A DNA stretch of 61,486 nt, the filler included, from Choristocarpus tenellus KU-1152 (Eukaryota > Protista > Phaeophyceae), in the NCBI GenBank assembly GCA_964200185.2. It is 11 parts of 11 records of this genome, joined end to end, with 100 filler letters (N's around TTAATTAATTAA, not from the genome) between each part and the next. Parts side by side here need not be neighbours in the genome. Positions count along the whole stretch, not along the records: positions 7,379 to 14,088 come from CAXNAD020007511.1; positions 14,189 to 23,733 come from CAXNAD020003590.1; positions 23,834 to 29,321 come from CAXNAD020010634.1; 8 more parts are not named here. One strand, given 5' to 3'. Each line of letters begins with the position of its first letter. Position 1 is the first letter of the stretch. A model generated the notes under the pieces. It had not been told where the DNA came from. It was given only the letters and a program-made list of their open reading frames with translations, and made no database searches. The translations under genes and the position numbers were made by a program. This document shows, one piece after another, positions 13,501 through 26,540 of this stretch.

Positions 13501-14898
13501 TTAATGTTACGTACAGACCGCACCCATTTTGAGGAGAAATATAAGATCCCACTAACCATATATTGCGGGATCGGTAGATTAGTATGAAGATGTGAGGCAT
13601 ACTGCCAATATACAGATATATGTATAGTCAGTATTCAAATACATGCCTATAAAAAAATCAACCAAAATGGGGCAGCCTACACCTATCGACGATTCCACCC
13701 CTGAAACCCTCCAAACCCCATTCCAGCACAGAATTTCACCGCATCCACTGGGGCATTTGAGGGGAGCTTGCTTGTCATATCAGCCTTTTCCATGCTAAGA
13801 TAGGAAATTTTGAAGGTGTTGTCACCCTTGGACCCTCACACTTCACTGTAGACTGCAAAGAGGCTCTGCCAGATGCACTCTAGTGTCTCCTGGGGGTACA
13901 CATTGCCTCCATTGTGGCCTCTACCAGCTCCTCTGTGTTAGTCACCCCCACGTTTTCCTTCAGCAGGTGGATGGGTTGAAAGGATCCCAGTTCGTTGATG
14001 TGAGGCCAGGTGAGTTGGCTTGCTGGGTCTCTATAACAATGATGTACCCTGCTGCCTCCTTGATCCCCCCCTCGGTGTGTGACTTTGCNNNNNNNNNNNN
14101 NNNNNNNNNNNNNNNNNNNNNNNNNNNNNNNNTTAATTAATTAANNNNNNNNNNNNNNNNNNNNNNNNNNNNNNNNNNNNNNNNNNNNCCCCCCCCCCAG
14201 ATACTTTGGTCCTATTTTTTAGCTCTTACTTTTTTTGCCCTGAATTTTCCGAGAAAACAGCAAAACCGAAACTTTTGACTTAAACAACTAGAGCAGCTAA
14301 AGCAGAGGACTTTCTGCTGCTGATGTCAAATCCAAGTGAAAAAAATAAGAAAGGCAAAGAAAAATATATGCAAGATATTGTCAGATACGAATACTTTACC
14401 TTGAGCTTTCCTGCACAGACTCTTACAGGCTTGATAGTCACCTGGGTAGTCCAACAAGCCTTCCCTTTGAGTCGACTATGCTCGAATTTGACTTCTGGCA
14501 TACTTCTCTATTCAAATCTCAATAAGTGCTTTAAGGTCGTTTCTAATCCTATCCCTGACGTCCTATCAAACTACTCAAGTATTCTGAGACTAGGTGCAAT
14601 CCTGATCCTCCTCAACAATGTATCTTTGTCCAAGCTGATCAGATTGCCTCCAAGGGTCAATCCCCAACTTCAGGAACCCACTTCCAACACTCTTCTTGTT
14701 TCACACAACTTTGAACCTAACCCTGACACTGGTCCTGTATCTGAACACAACTCCAGCAGTCCCTCCTTCAAACATGTTACTGTGTTCTCAGCTTCTCCTT
14801 GAGCTACAACTGTACATCCTGATTCCTCCTCCAAGTGATGTATCCTTCCAATGCTCACCTATCTCCCATTCACACAAAAAACAATGCCAATAACACAG

Positions 14899-17800
14899 GT
14901 GCAGTCAAAGTACGCCTCACCAAGGTTTGGTGTTGCCTCCTTTTCTACAAAACCCAGTCCACCAGTTGGGATTGGTGCAGGAAGCATGGGGTCTTTTGAA
15001 TACAACTTGTCACTGGCTCTCACTGACAACGCAGATGATATGAGGAGCTCGCTGGAGACCGTGACGTGGGCACTCAAGTGTGTTGTCAGAATTCAAGGGT
15101 GTTCCTTTCTGGAGAGCGTTTCTCACAGGGCATTTGTCTTTTCTGGCCTTGAACTGCTTTATCTTGTTGGACTCTATAGCATACTACCAAGCATCTAATA
15201 TGTTTATATACACTAAAATCAGGGCTCATTTTCCTGTGCAGTGTGGTGTAGTACTTGTTGGACTGGGTAATTGCGATAGTTGGTTGTGAGTAGAGTTGAC
15301 AGCAAAGTGAGCATCGAGCCCTGGTAAAAGAATGGGAGAGTGGGGTCAGGGCTGAGGGTTAGAGACTTGGAAAAACTGTCCTGCTTCTGGGAAAGGCAAG
15401 GTGCGAAGACATACAAAACATAGTTTGCTGCAGAGGAGAAATCTGGTCCCTTTTGCCTTATTTGCCAGGATATGATACAAGATAATCTTACCTCTTTCCT
15501 CACTGCCTGTCTGTTTACTGTCTCTTCTTGGTCTCTATGAAATTTCCATTTTATGCCATCTTTTCAACTGCAGACCCTTGATTCCACCTGGAGGGGGAGG
15601 CTCCCAGCTGACAGCTCTGTTCATGGCAGCTAAGAGGTACAACGAGACTGGCTGGAGGGATTCAACTTTTCGTCTGGTAGCTGTACTCACAGGGAGCAGC
15701 TTTGATGATGCTGAGAGCAGCACATCGAATGATCTGGTGGGTGAAGCCTAGACCCCCTTTAAACTTATCTACTCCCATCTTTTCTCATTATCTTGCAAGA
15801 TATTGATACAGCTCGAAGGCTATTGTTTTCGAGGCATCATCCACCAAAAAAAGCACCAGTGCATTGCAGTACCTTGTAGATAAAAGAGAGACTCAGAGGT
15901 CTTCATTTTTTTTTTTCATTTTTTTTCCCCCAAAGAGATCTTGACATATATCAATTAATTGAAGGCAGCTCTGAACCTCAAGTGCCACTCCCATCCCTAC
16001 TGTTTACCTAATCCTAACAATTTCCATATACTGTACTCATGGTTCGTTTCTATACAGTCCTTCCCTCAACCATGTTCTGTACCTCACAACTTTCAAATTA
16101 TATTTGCATGATCTTACTTGCGACTGTTGGGAGCTGTCAACTACTTCCTCCTTCCAATTCCACCTGTGTCAAAGGAAACTGTTTCTACGGGGATGGAAGT
16201 GATTCATCTCCTCTTTTCATTCTGTTCATCTCCCCTTTTCATTCTGAAGGATTGAGCGCCTATAACCTGAGCACCACGATGACCCTTAGATCTTAGGGGT
16301 GATCATACCTTACGAACTTTGGCAGAGTGGAGGGTGTTCACATAGGCCTTCCTTCGAAGAAATTTGCCACCTTCCTCCGAAACACTGTCATGATTCATGA
16401 TCATCAATGCTCTGTCAAGCCTCAGATAGTCACATCAAGACCACACAAAACCAAGCTCCATACACAATCCTCACAACTCGTTGAACAGTGTGACCCTCAT
16501 ACAGTATATTATTTGTACAAAATAGTACCCATCCATGAAATCCTCTTAGTTCATGATGTATGAGAAAGACAGTGTATAGGGATTCTTCTACAAGTTGGCA
16601 AAAGCATTGAGGCACTGCAACAACTCATTTCCGAACACACTCTTAGTTTGACAATTGACAGTATTTCATGAGAGGCAATCACCTGTCTATCTTAGTCTGT
16701 CATTATTTGAAACTCAAAATGGTTGAGCTTGAGCAAGGGATATCTTCTTTAATTTAACCTCTCTTCATTTTGGCCACTTGAGAAGTCCCAAGATATTCCC
16801 TGATTTCATCCCTACTCCAGAAGTGATACACGCTTCTCATTTCATGATCTTCCACCATACCATGCTCATGTGATTCCCTGTCCCCAGGATTCATCATCAG
16901 ACCCCCTAGAGAACTACATCACTGTATCAGACCTGGGCTCCCAGCTGTCCTCCTCTGCGGTTCACCCTCTATTTCTCTTGACTAACAGTGATGCCACGTT
17001 GGTAAAAGAATATAAGGATCTTGTTGAGGAGCTGGGGTTTGGAGCAGTGGTAGTGGTGGATCAAGAAGCTGCCTCAGAATCAAGCTTCAACAAGGACTAC
17101 TTGCCCTCCGCCCTAATAGAGGGACTCGAAGTGAGTCCCTTCTCACAGAGACCCTCCATGGGTTCCAATGTTCTTATAGGAGTCTAGTCGCACTGCATTC
17201 CACTGCTTGTGTGAGTAGAGTCAAGCACAAAAGAAAATGAACCGACAGGACAGTCTATGCACACACCCTCTAGTTGTAAATTATATCCACTTTTGTTTGT
17301 GCACGTGTGCTGAATGCAATAAGGTGGTGGAGGTGCGAGCAACCGTGCACCTGGGTGAGAAATTGAAGTCGGTTATACTTGCGAGAACGGAAATTCTTCC
17401 CTTGCACAACTCCTGGTTGAAGGTTCAATAGGGTGAACAGCATGTTAAATCACACCCCTCACACCCAAATGACTTGATCCCCTCTGAAGAGCACACCCCC
17501 TCTGAAGAGCTCACCCCCTCTCACTTCTCCCCACGCTCAATCACAAACAGAAACTGTACACCCAGGGTACTTTTTTCATCACCTCTGACCCTGAAAACTT
17601 CGTGTCTTCGGTGTCTCCCACCAACGACCCCTTTCGGAACGTCACTGCTGGAACTACATTGGACTTCCTAGTTAACATATCTGCTGCTTCTGCATCTGCG
17701 GGGGGTGATGGAGGGGACATAGGGGTTTCCTTTCAGGGACATGAGGTTAGGTTTAGGGTTGGGCATCAATGTTGTGACCATCTTAGGAAGTGGATAGATG

Positions 17801-20800
17801 TCTATGATAACCTAGACATCATTGTTTGGCGACTCAGATATGTCAGGCTCAGACTTGAGAATGCATTCAAATGTCTTGGTCTCCTGATGAGGACACGGTC
17901 GAGGTTGGTTTGGTAGTGGTGTAATTTGACCAGGATAGTTGTCTCCCCGTTGTTGTGTCCGGGAAAGAGGTAGCATGTGAAAAGGGCGGGGGAGATCAGA
18001 GGACAGGTGAGGGAAGACGGGGGGGGGGAGGGGTACAGAACTCGGACATATGATGATAGGGCAGGAAGACAAAAGGAAAGGGGTATAGCTTAGTGTTGAG
18101 AATGGCGAAGTTGTGTCAAATGAGAAGAGGGAGGAAGAGGAGAAGAGGACAAACTCCGTCAATGTCTCATATCTTTTTTGACGATTAGAAAAGAGTGTTC
18201 AGTGTGTCAGAGTGCTCTTGAAATAGGAAATCGGCAGTTGTTGGTACTCTAAAGGGTATCTACCCGTTTCATCCCTTTCCAAATCTACGTTTGATGATCC
18301 TATCCGTAACCCGTCGGAGCAAAATCGACCAATTTTGTTTTTGTTCTTTTATGCTTTGAATAGGCCTTGCTGACAGTAGTACACAGAAGGGAGACCTGTG
18401 CAACAGCAGAGCTGGAGCGAGGCGGTGGCAGTGACATGAATGAGCTAGATGCTTCCCGTGTGGGTTGGCTTCAGGGGTGAGGAGTGTGCTCCTGTGCGTT
18501 CTGTGGGTATTTATATGTTTGTGTAGGGTAGAGAATTCTTTAAGGAGAGGGTAGGAAAGGAATATGGTTGAAGAGGTTGTGTGTGTTCGAAGGACACTAT
18601 TTAGTGCGGCAATGGTATGGCATTCTCTCGTGCGGCAATGGGATTGACCGAAATGTGGAGTGCCCCATCTAAAGGAGACTGTTAAAGGGGAATTGTAGCG
18701 AGGTGAATATCACATTGAAGAGGAACATGTGGTAAATTCTCTATGTACAAGTGAGAGTGATGTACGAATGATCTGTATGTGGCGCTAGGTTTTTGCCTGG
18801 ATGCTTGATACTGATGGCGATTCTTCCTCTGCTAGAATAACTAGGTTGTGTAAATTTGGCACTCACTTTAAAAATGCCCAATGTCTTTGCCGTATTTGTG
18901 GGTTACAGGTTCTATGCTGATGAGTCAACAGAATGGATCTACTCTTCACTGTCTTCCTTTGTTGAAGTGCAAGGCCCTTTTGGGGTGACTCTTCGTGCAC
19001 TCAACATTTCCTGTCCTGGGGGATGCAGGTGCTGTCCTCCTCCCACCCCTCAATGGCAAAAAGACCTTCTGCACGGAACAGTTCTGTGTTGGGGCTCACA
19101 CCATATACGGTGTTGAAAATCGCCCCGATTAGTGTTCTTGGTAGGTAGGGTGACAAAAAATCGTTCACTGGTGCCTGCGAAATGCACTCTGGTATATGTT
19201 TTTGTGTCAGTTGACAGTCCAACACGCCATGTCTGCGCCCATTGTTGTATGGAGGTGATCCCATCAATGAGACCAGCAGAGGAAACCCGAAAGGAAATGG
19301 TTTTTATTTCTTGGGCAGGGTGCACTTTTATTGTCACTTCCCATACCTCAAGATCGGACAGGTCAGGGAACAAAGGGTGCCTGCTTTGCTGCATGCACCA
19401 CAGCGTTGGTATTTGTAGAACCCCCCTGGCCAAGGTCATAACTAGCAGTACTCTCGAGTAACAGAGACTACAGACGCCATATCGCGTTTGCTGTATGTAG
19501 AGGTCAAGTTCAAACCTTCCTCACCCTATCACTCTCTAACACGTTCGACCAGTCTTTTCTCAACTCCAATTGTATTTTAATAAATACGTTACGGACTATT
19601 TCCCAGTCACCCCAAAATATTTTTGAAATAGGATGGGAGGGTAGGGGAGGTGGTAGGGTGAGCGCATCCTATTGGCCTAATCAAAGCAGGGTATTCTAAT
19701 GCTCTACGATTTACTTTTTTTCCAAGGCTCTCCCTCCATTCAACTTTTTCACGACCCTACTGGTTCTCCTCCCATTACTGCTAACGAGTCAAAGTATCTT
19801 AGGGTTAGGGTAGGGCCGCGTCCATTCGGGGGCCGAAATCCAATGTTACGATTTCCATGTAATTTTGATCCGTCGCATTTGTTAGGAAGTGTCAGTATCC
19901 TTGTTCCGGACACACCATTTCATAACGTATACATTTTACCTACTCCGAAACATTTCAGAGTAGGAAAAATATCACAAAAACCCCATGGGAAGCCAAGCCC
20001 CAAATGGACAAACAGGGCAAAACTCGTACCCTCTAAGATACTTTCACTCTAACCTTTCCCCGTTGATTCTTATAAACTGCCAGCACTTCACATATCTGAA
20101 CTTCTATTCCCACCACCAAGACAACTTTATAATCCCTTACCCTGCTCTAATACACCAAATCTCCTACTCCTGCAATACATTCCGATCGTCTTGATCCCCT
20201 CTGCAAACGAACGATGATACACAAACCGGCCTGGCCACCATGCATCCCCACCCCAGTGGTGAAGAGGCATTCATGAAAGTATCTCTTGGCTATGCCAGCG
20301 AGATGCCACTTGTTCTCAAGGCATACAGCAAGGCGGACATTATAGGCTTTGATAATGATCGCCAGGCCTCATTGACTCTCACTGTCACATATGAGGATGG
20401 CACCACAGAGGATGGGATTTTGTTGTTGGATCTGGAGACTGGAACGGACCAGTGGGAGCAATCTTTTGGTGTCTTGTACCCCACAGAGATCGTATCAGAG
20501 GCCACAGTGAGTGGATCAGAGTCCTCAATAGAGAAATTGAGACTGTCTTGTTTGTGTGTACTCGGTGGAAAGTGATAGTTATGTTGACATCATCGTGCGG
20601 CTACTTATCCATAAAATAGCAGCCTTCAAACATTTGGGATTAGGGTTAGGGTAACATTGCAGCAAGCGGTAAATGCAAGGACGAATAAACTTCCTAGGGC
20701 TCAAGTATCTGGGGGAGGTGGCAGCTGTCCATTTGGGGTCAATCTTTTCATGTCACGATTTTTGTGTGATTTGGTTGCATATGTCGGATAAATAAACGTA

Positions 20801-23733
20801 ATTGCACTTTTCCTGATTTTGGCCCAAATGGACACCCTGGCGTAGACCCCCCCCCAGCCGCCGCCAGATACTTTGGATCCTAGGAAACGCTCAGATCAGA
20901 ACGTTGCTCTTGAAATAAGTCAAGTCCATCAACTAGAGATAGACTCAAACAAGGATCATGGGGATGTTAAAGGAGGGTATTTGAGTGCGATTCCATACCA
21001 GCTAGTTGACTGTGGGGATGATTTTGAAAAATACTTGTGCATAAATCTTGTATGAAGTTTATTCTATGATTCTCCTAGTCCTGAACATACTTGATGTACG
21101 ACTGAGTTTACAAGCTAGAAAGGTTATGGCCCATTCTGAGCTCTCCCTTTACTGAACCTGATACTGTGATTGATCTGATGATCCGATCCTGAGTTCGTAA
21201 AACTGCCCTGCATTGAGCTTTGAAATTGAGTACATACACTAATGGTTGAGCAGGGGCAAGTCTCAAAATACTTATTCTCCATCTTAACCTTGTCTGTACG
21301 TACCTTTTATGTGCAGTCAACCTTTTGTTGTAGAGGGGGCATTTTAGCGACTATCTGAACCAACTGTCCCTTCTTCTTCCCGGGTATTAGAGTTGTGCAG
21401 CAAACCTATAGCATACATCCTCTAACAGAATGATTCAAAGATAGGGAGGTCTGGTGTACATACAAACAGCTACCCTTATTCACTGGAGCATTTCTTGTGC
21501 AAATTTGGCTGGTTAACGAGCATAGGACTATGTCTACCGGATAGAATGAGAAAATGATCTTAATGGCTTCTCACTGGCTAAATCTGGCTACCTCTGGGTC
21601 TCCTGTGATACACACCTCCCCGCCCCTGTGCCCCTCATATTTGAATTGCTTGACAGCATATCTGGCAGTGTTTTGTAGTAGACCTTGTGAAATATTTCAT
21701 CCATAGTGCTCCAAAATATCTTGCTGAACAAGATGGTAGTGTGAGGTTCTTTGCTTTGATTCTAGGATGGAGTTATCCGCCTCAAGTTTTGCTCAGCATT
21801 CTCATTATCACCTTAATCGTTCTTTATGACAGTGTCTCAGGAATCTATTTGCCCTTGGCTTTAGCATGTTTGTAGTCTAACCTGTTAGGCGGCAGCAGGG
21901 CTATGCTCTAGTCCCTCGACACCCTCCACGACTGACTTCTCCCTCACCTCCTCCACTAGGTGATAATTTCTTTTTCAGGGACTGGCGGAGCATTGTTTGC
22001 CTCTGTAGGACTGTTTGCTCACCCCACAGCTGCCTGCCGATGTGATGCAAGATATTTCTTGGATATAGAGTCCGCACCAGTGAGAACATGCTTTGTTTGA
22101 TGAGCAAAATTCATGTAAATTTTTCGCAGATCTTGTGCTAGCCTTGTGTTGTCGATGGTCTATATGCGAATGACAATACACTTCTGGCGGGTAAGCTGAG
22201 GGAATGCTAACCAGAAACCACAGAGAGTGCTAAGAGAAAATGACTGAGCTTGAAGGTGTCTACAACTATGAAAAGTGCACTACTCCTGTAAGAATATAGG
22301 AGGATGAAATGCTGTGAGTATGACCTTGTACTTCGCCCTAGTTGTTACTTTTCTGAGGGGTGAAGGGTGGACAGGTCAAAGCTGACCAATTCACGTGCTT
22401 TGCCTTTCCAGCATAGCCCTTGGGTGACCTAACCACCGAACATTGCTCTAATCACCTGATCGAAGGCTGAGGTGGATGCACCAAACACCAGCAATTTTAT
22501 AAAATCCATTCAAGAGAGTAGTCCTTTATGTCACTCTCACCAATAACATCACGTTTATAGTATGACCTCTTTCTGGAATGCATATGCCTTGTTTGCCTTG
22601 TGACTAGGAGTCAAACCCAATGCTGCTGTCAGCCCGTTGCTAAGTGAAGCATTCCAAGTAAATCTATTTCTCTCAACAACACTCTGCTATGTGAAGTACT
22701 CTCCACAATTTTATTCCCACCTCTAGCAATCACCAGGTTGACACGTACCACAGACGTATGTGAGTATAAAGGTATCATGGCAGAAAATTGATCTCTCTTA
22801 AGTTTGTTCTCTTCCTGTTCCTCTTCGTCCAGTCTGTACTAGTGTGTAGCTTGATAGACAAGGGCCCCACACATCCTCATTTTGCTCCCTCAGGCAAAAC
22901 TGTGCAGTCCCCAGCCCAGTTGCCGGTTCTTCAAGGGGGACTGTAACTACTGCAGGGCAGGATACAAGTGCCCTCAGGTTTGACCACATGGAGGACTATC
23001 ATATCCCGAATGGCTTCCACCGTAACATGTTTCCCACTTGGCGCATATACCCTTCACTACTCCTTCCTTAACATGGCCTTTCTTACTTTCCCACCTTTTC
23101 ATAAAAGGTCAGCGTCCAAACTACTGCTGAATTCTTCATCTGTTCTCTAAATTTCATCACAGCAAGTAATATAGTCACAGAAGTCAACATGTAGTCTGTA
23201 TAAGCAACATCCAGGAAATCCATAAGAGGTGTAGTCTCATGAATATGTTACGCATTGGTGTCTTCCATAATGATTCCTGAAGTGTTCAATCTAGCGCACG
23301 CCCTATTCTTCAACCCTCGGATAAAGTACCACCTTCCTGTCCCTGTGTCATTTTGCCTTCCCCCAGTCTTTTGTTTCTGTGTCAACGGAAGCAATAATAT
23401 GGAGTAATTACACTAATCTGGAGATCTTCTTTTCAAAGCAGTGCGAGTATGTCTTCTTGTCTTTCCGCCTCCACTCCCCTCATGATTCTCTGTCCCACTC
23501 TACTTGTTCCAAATGCTGCGACTGCAAGGGGGGTGTCTTGACATCGTGCATGGACGAAAATGATGGAGAATCACAGTACTACTCCATGGGAGGGTCCACA
23601 GAGTGCTCCACCTGCCCCGATGGTTGGATTTGTGATCGTGGTCTTGCTGTCCCATGTGGCTACGGGAAGGGGGCCACCTCTTCGACCACAAATGTAGGTG
23701 GCAGTGATGCACAATTTTGTGAGTCATGCCCAC
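14899..23733 (+). CDS. Integrin-beta-like vWA (betaI) + hybrid-like + CBM-like + Cys-rich repeat protein (partial, >=10 exons)
   Basis: Exons are 14899-15065, 15574-15736, 16888-17130, 17551-17745, 18364-18476, 18909-19028, 20257-20506, 21960-22079, ~22894/22936-22977 and 23529->23733. All introns are GT-AG with matching phases (2,0,0,0,2,2,0,0,0) and there are no stops. Motifs include RFGVASFSTKP, SQLTALFMAA..ETGWRDSTFRLVAVLT, YITVSDL..QL..SAVHPLFLLT, YKDLVEELGFGAVV, NVTAGTTLDFLVNISA and CSTCPDGWIC. Both ends are cut by spacers, and the last two exons are less certain. Confidence 0.8.
19786..20049 (+). mobile_element. Sola2-like MITE, family A, full copy (intron of integrin-beta-like gene)
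   Basis: TIR GAGTCAAAGTATCTTAG...CTAAGATACTTTCACTC with 4-bp TSD TAAC; 264 bp. Confidence 0.85.
20698..20879 (+). mobile_element. Related MITE, family B (poly-G subterminal)
   Basis: GGCTCAAGTATCTGGGGG...CCAGATACTTTGGATC flanked by CTAG/CTAG. It has internal GTCCATTTGGG/CCCAAATGGAC motifs and is homologous (inverted) to 29852-30032. Confidence 0.75.
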
Positions 23734-24689
23734 NNNNNNNNNNNNNNNNNNNNNNNNNNNNNNNNNNNNNNNNNNNNTTAATTAATTAANNNNNNNNNNN
23801 NNNNNNNNNNNNNNNNNNNNNNNNNNNNNNNNNTCAGCAAGAAAAAAAGTTGTTTGACCGAAATGGACGCCCCCTCGCAAACCACCCCCCCCCCAGATAC
23901 GTTGACCCTTAGGTCGTGTATTATTGTATTTGATATATTTGCTGCTCATCCAAATATCAATATGTTTCATCCAGCTTTGTCTCATCCTTGTACCCCCCTT
24001 ACAAACTTGACATACTTGGTGCTTCCTCCGGCAGGAACATTCGGGATGGTGAAGTGGAGCATGTCAAGATCATTTTTTCCTGTGCGCGTGGGGAGAGGAT
24101 ATAGTCTCCCCAAATGCTATAGTTGCCTTTCCCCCTTGCGCTTCGGATGCCAATTCAGAGGAAGAGGAGATTCGGGAATGGGTAGACTCAAAGCCACAAA
24201 AGTGGCCTGTTGGTGCTCTTTGGGGGCCCATGGGTGAATGGATGGCAGGTTGGGGAGGTATTGAGGAGGTATCTTTGGGTGTGTTGTGCTTAGGGGGGTC
24301 TGTACTCGCCTGTGCAAGAATTGGTGGTAGAAGTTTAAACGTACAGGAGTAGGTGTATCCTTTGGGTAACTTCGACCTTGAAAATGTTCAACAGGAAATG
24401 TTTCAAAATTTGGGAAAGAGACATCACAGGCAAGGCCCCTGCCAGAAAAATGACATTTTGGGCACAGGTAGAAGCTAGGGTTAGGATTAGGTTAGGGAAA
24501 CAAAGAACAATTTTGGGCCATCCATCCCCTAAAATGTCGTTCAGCAAAATATGTTGGACCACAAACAGAATCGAAGTTTGTGCGGAAATTTGAGAATAGT
24601 TGCAAGTACCCACTGGTCCAAATGGAGCAATAGCCACTATTAATTTCAATTGATTCATTTGCAGCTATTCAACCGATCCTATCAGCTAC

Positions 24690-25000
24690 TGTGCAGGAGG
24701 TATTTTGCCCACAAAAAGGACCCTATCGGTTGTACATTGCTATTACGATGATGTCATTTCTGCACTTTAGTTTGGGACCAGGAACCCAGCCAGGTTGGGC
24801 TGACCTAGCCCTGACCCGTTGTCAGAGGCACTACATACTGCACAATTTCTAATCAACTACGAACGTACTGTTGTCTTCGCATCCTGGCCAATTGCACAGC
24901 CCCTTGTGTACCTTGCGATATTCTGGAATGTTGGGCTTATCATTTCCACAACTTGTCTCTCCACCTCCTCCCTCAAATCCTGTGCAGCACTTGCCTGGCC
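24690..25000 (+). repeat. Dispersed repeat family (other copies ~28722-29010 and ~38440-38635)
   Basis: Shared blocks: agctactgtgca and cctagccctgac (first two copies); gtcagaggca.t.ca.act and a variant of ctccacctcctccctca.atc.tg (all three). Confidence 0.65.
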
Positions 25001-26283
25001 ACGTTGAACACGAACACTTGCCACTACAACGCAGTTTCTGCGTTCTATTTTGTAGTTTAGTTAATACAGGAGAGTGCAAGTGCACCATTCCATCATGATT
25101 GCTATGGAGTGCATTAAAAATTGAGACTCCCTGAGTACTAGAATCAACGTTGATGTTGATTTGATAGAAGTCATGAGACCATCCATCACTACTCACTGAG
25201 CTACGAGGACACTCATAGAGGTCCATTTTTTCCTTGGGACTATCGAAAGACAGGGAGGTATGTCACCAAGACAGATTTGATTCTGTCATTTTGTGGCGAG
25301 GTAGGTGAGGCTGACAGGCTGGATATGGGATTACCCCTGGAGCCAAAAATCGTATGAAACTCCTTCAGGGGCCAACCCACGGTTTATCCTTGTAAAAGGC
25401 CAGGGTGAAGTTCGTGATGCGGTGGCCCCAGAGATATTAGATGATCTTATGATTTCTCGTATTTAAGGAAACAAACTTCTTACCCATACTTGTTTTGAAC
25501 AGAAATGGATCGTCCATGAGGAGGTCGCACAATTACTGCCCCCAGGGCTACACACCAAATCAAACTTCCAAACCAACACGGAAAGGTACCTATACAGCTG
25601 TAGGCTAGTACGTACGTTGTCGGAAAGATCGTGTTTGAATAGTTGTTTTGCGGTTTGTCTTTCAGAAAATGGAGAGGAGATGCGAGGTAGCAGTCGCCCT
25701 TGTGATGCTTTATTGCTGAGTTGTGAATAATCGTTGTTCTTATTGCTGGATAGGTAATAGTAGTATAATCCTATTTGACATGTGTACATATCAGATGCAC
25801 ATTGGCAATCGCACCAGACTACAGGCTGGCTGATTTGCCCAACTGACTTAATAGACTGTGCTATGTGTCCTGAGGGGAACTACTGGACTTGGAGGGAAGG
25901 CAGCGAACATGATCTTCAGTTCCACTTTGGTTACCATTCCTGTATTCAGACAGTTAGTTCTATATAGTATGCCTTAATGCAAAAATTCCGTTACACCTAA
26001 ATCTTCATCTTTAACTCCCCAAGATAGCTTCTTCAAACACATAATTGAAACTGTTGCCGGTAGAATATCATACATGCATACCGCTCTTGAGACTCTGTCC
26101 TCTGTTGTTGTCTTGCTAGTCGCAATTACAGTTGTTGTTACTGGTTAGAGCTGCTGTTGGAGGCACAAATGAATATGTGAATAACCATTAACTCCTCTAT
26201 GAAGACGTGGCTTTGCAAACTCTGGAACGAATACATTATATACATTCAGCTATGTACTGATCCCTACAGCAACACCACCACCA

Positions 26284-26540
26284 GAGTGAAAGTATCTTAG
26301 AGAGTGCGACTTTTGCCCTGTTTGTCCGTTTGGGGCTTGGCTTCCAACAGGGTTTTTATGGCAATTTACATACTTCGAAATGTTTCGGAGTACTTACAAT
26401 GTATACCTTATGAAAGTTGTGTCCGGAACAAGGATATTGACACTTCTAAACAAACACGATACTCAAAATTACATCAAAATCGGAACATTGGTTTTTGCCC
26501 CCAAGCGGACGCGGCTCTACCCTCTAAGATACATCGACTC
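26284..26540 (-). mobile_element. Sola2-like MITE, family A, full copy
   Basis: GAGTGAAAGTATCTTAG...CTAAGATACATCGACTC with TSD ACCA; reverse-complement homolog of 19786-20049. Confidence 0.85.

Noticed and set aside
22142-22657. Two extra small exons in the integrin-beta-like gene (PCVVDGLY..., VKPNAAV...)
   Set aside because: They are phase-compatible but require a 62-nt intron and would disrupt the Cys-repeat spacing, so they cannot be supported without RNA-seq.
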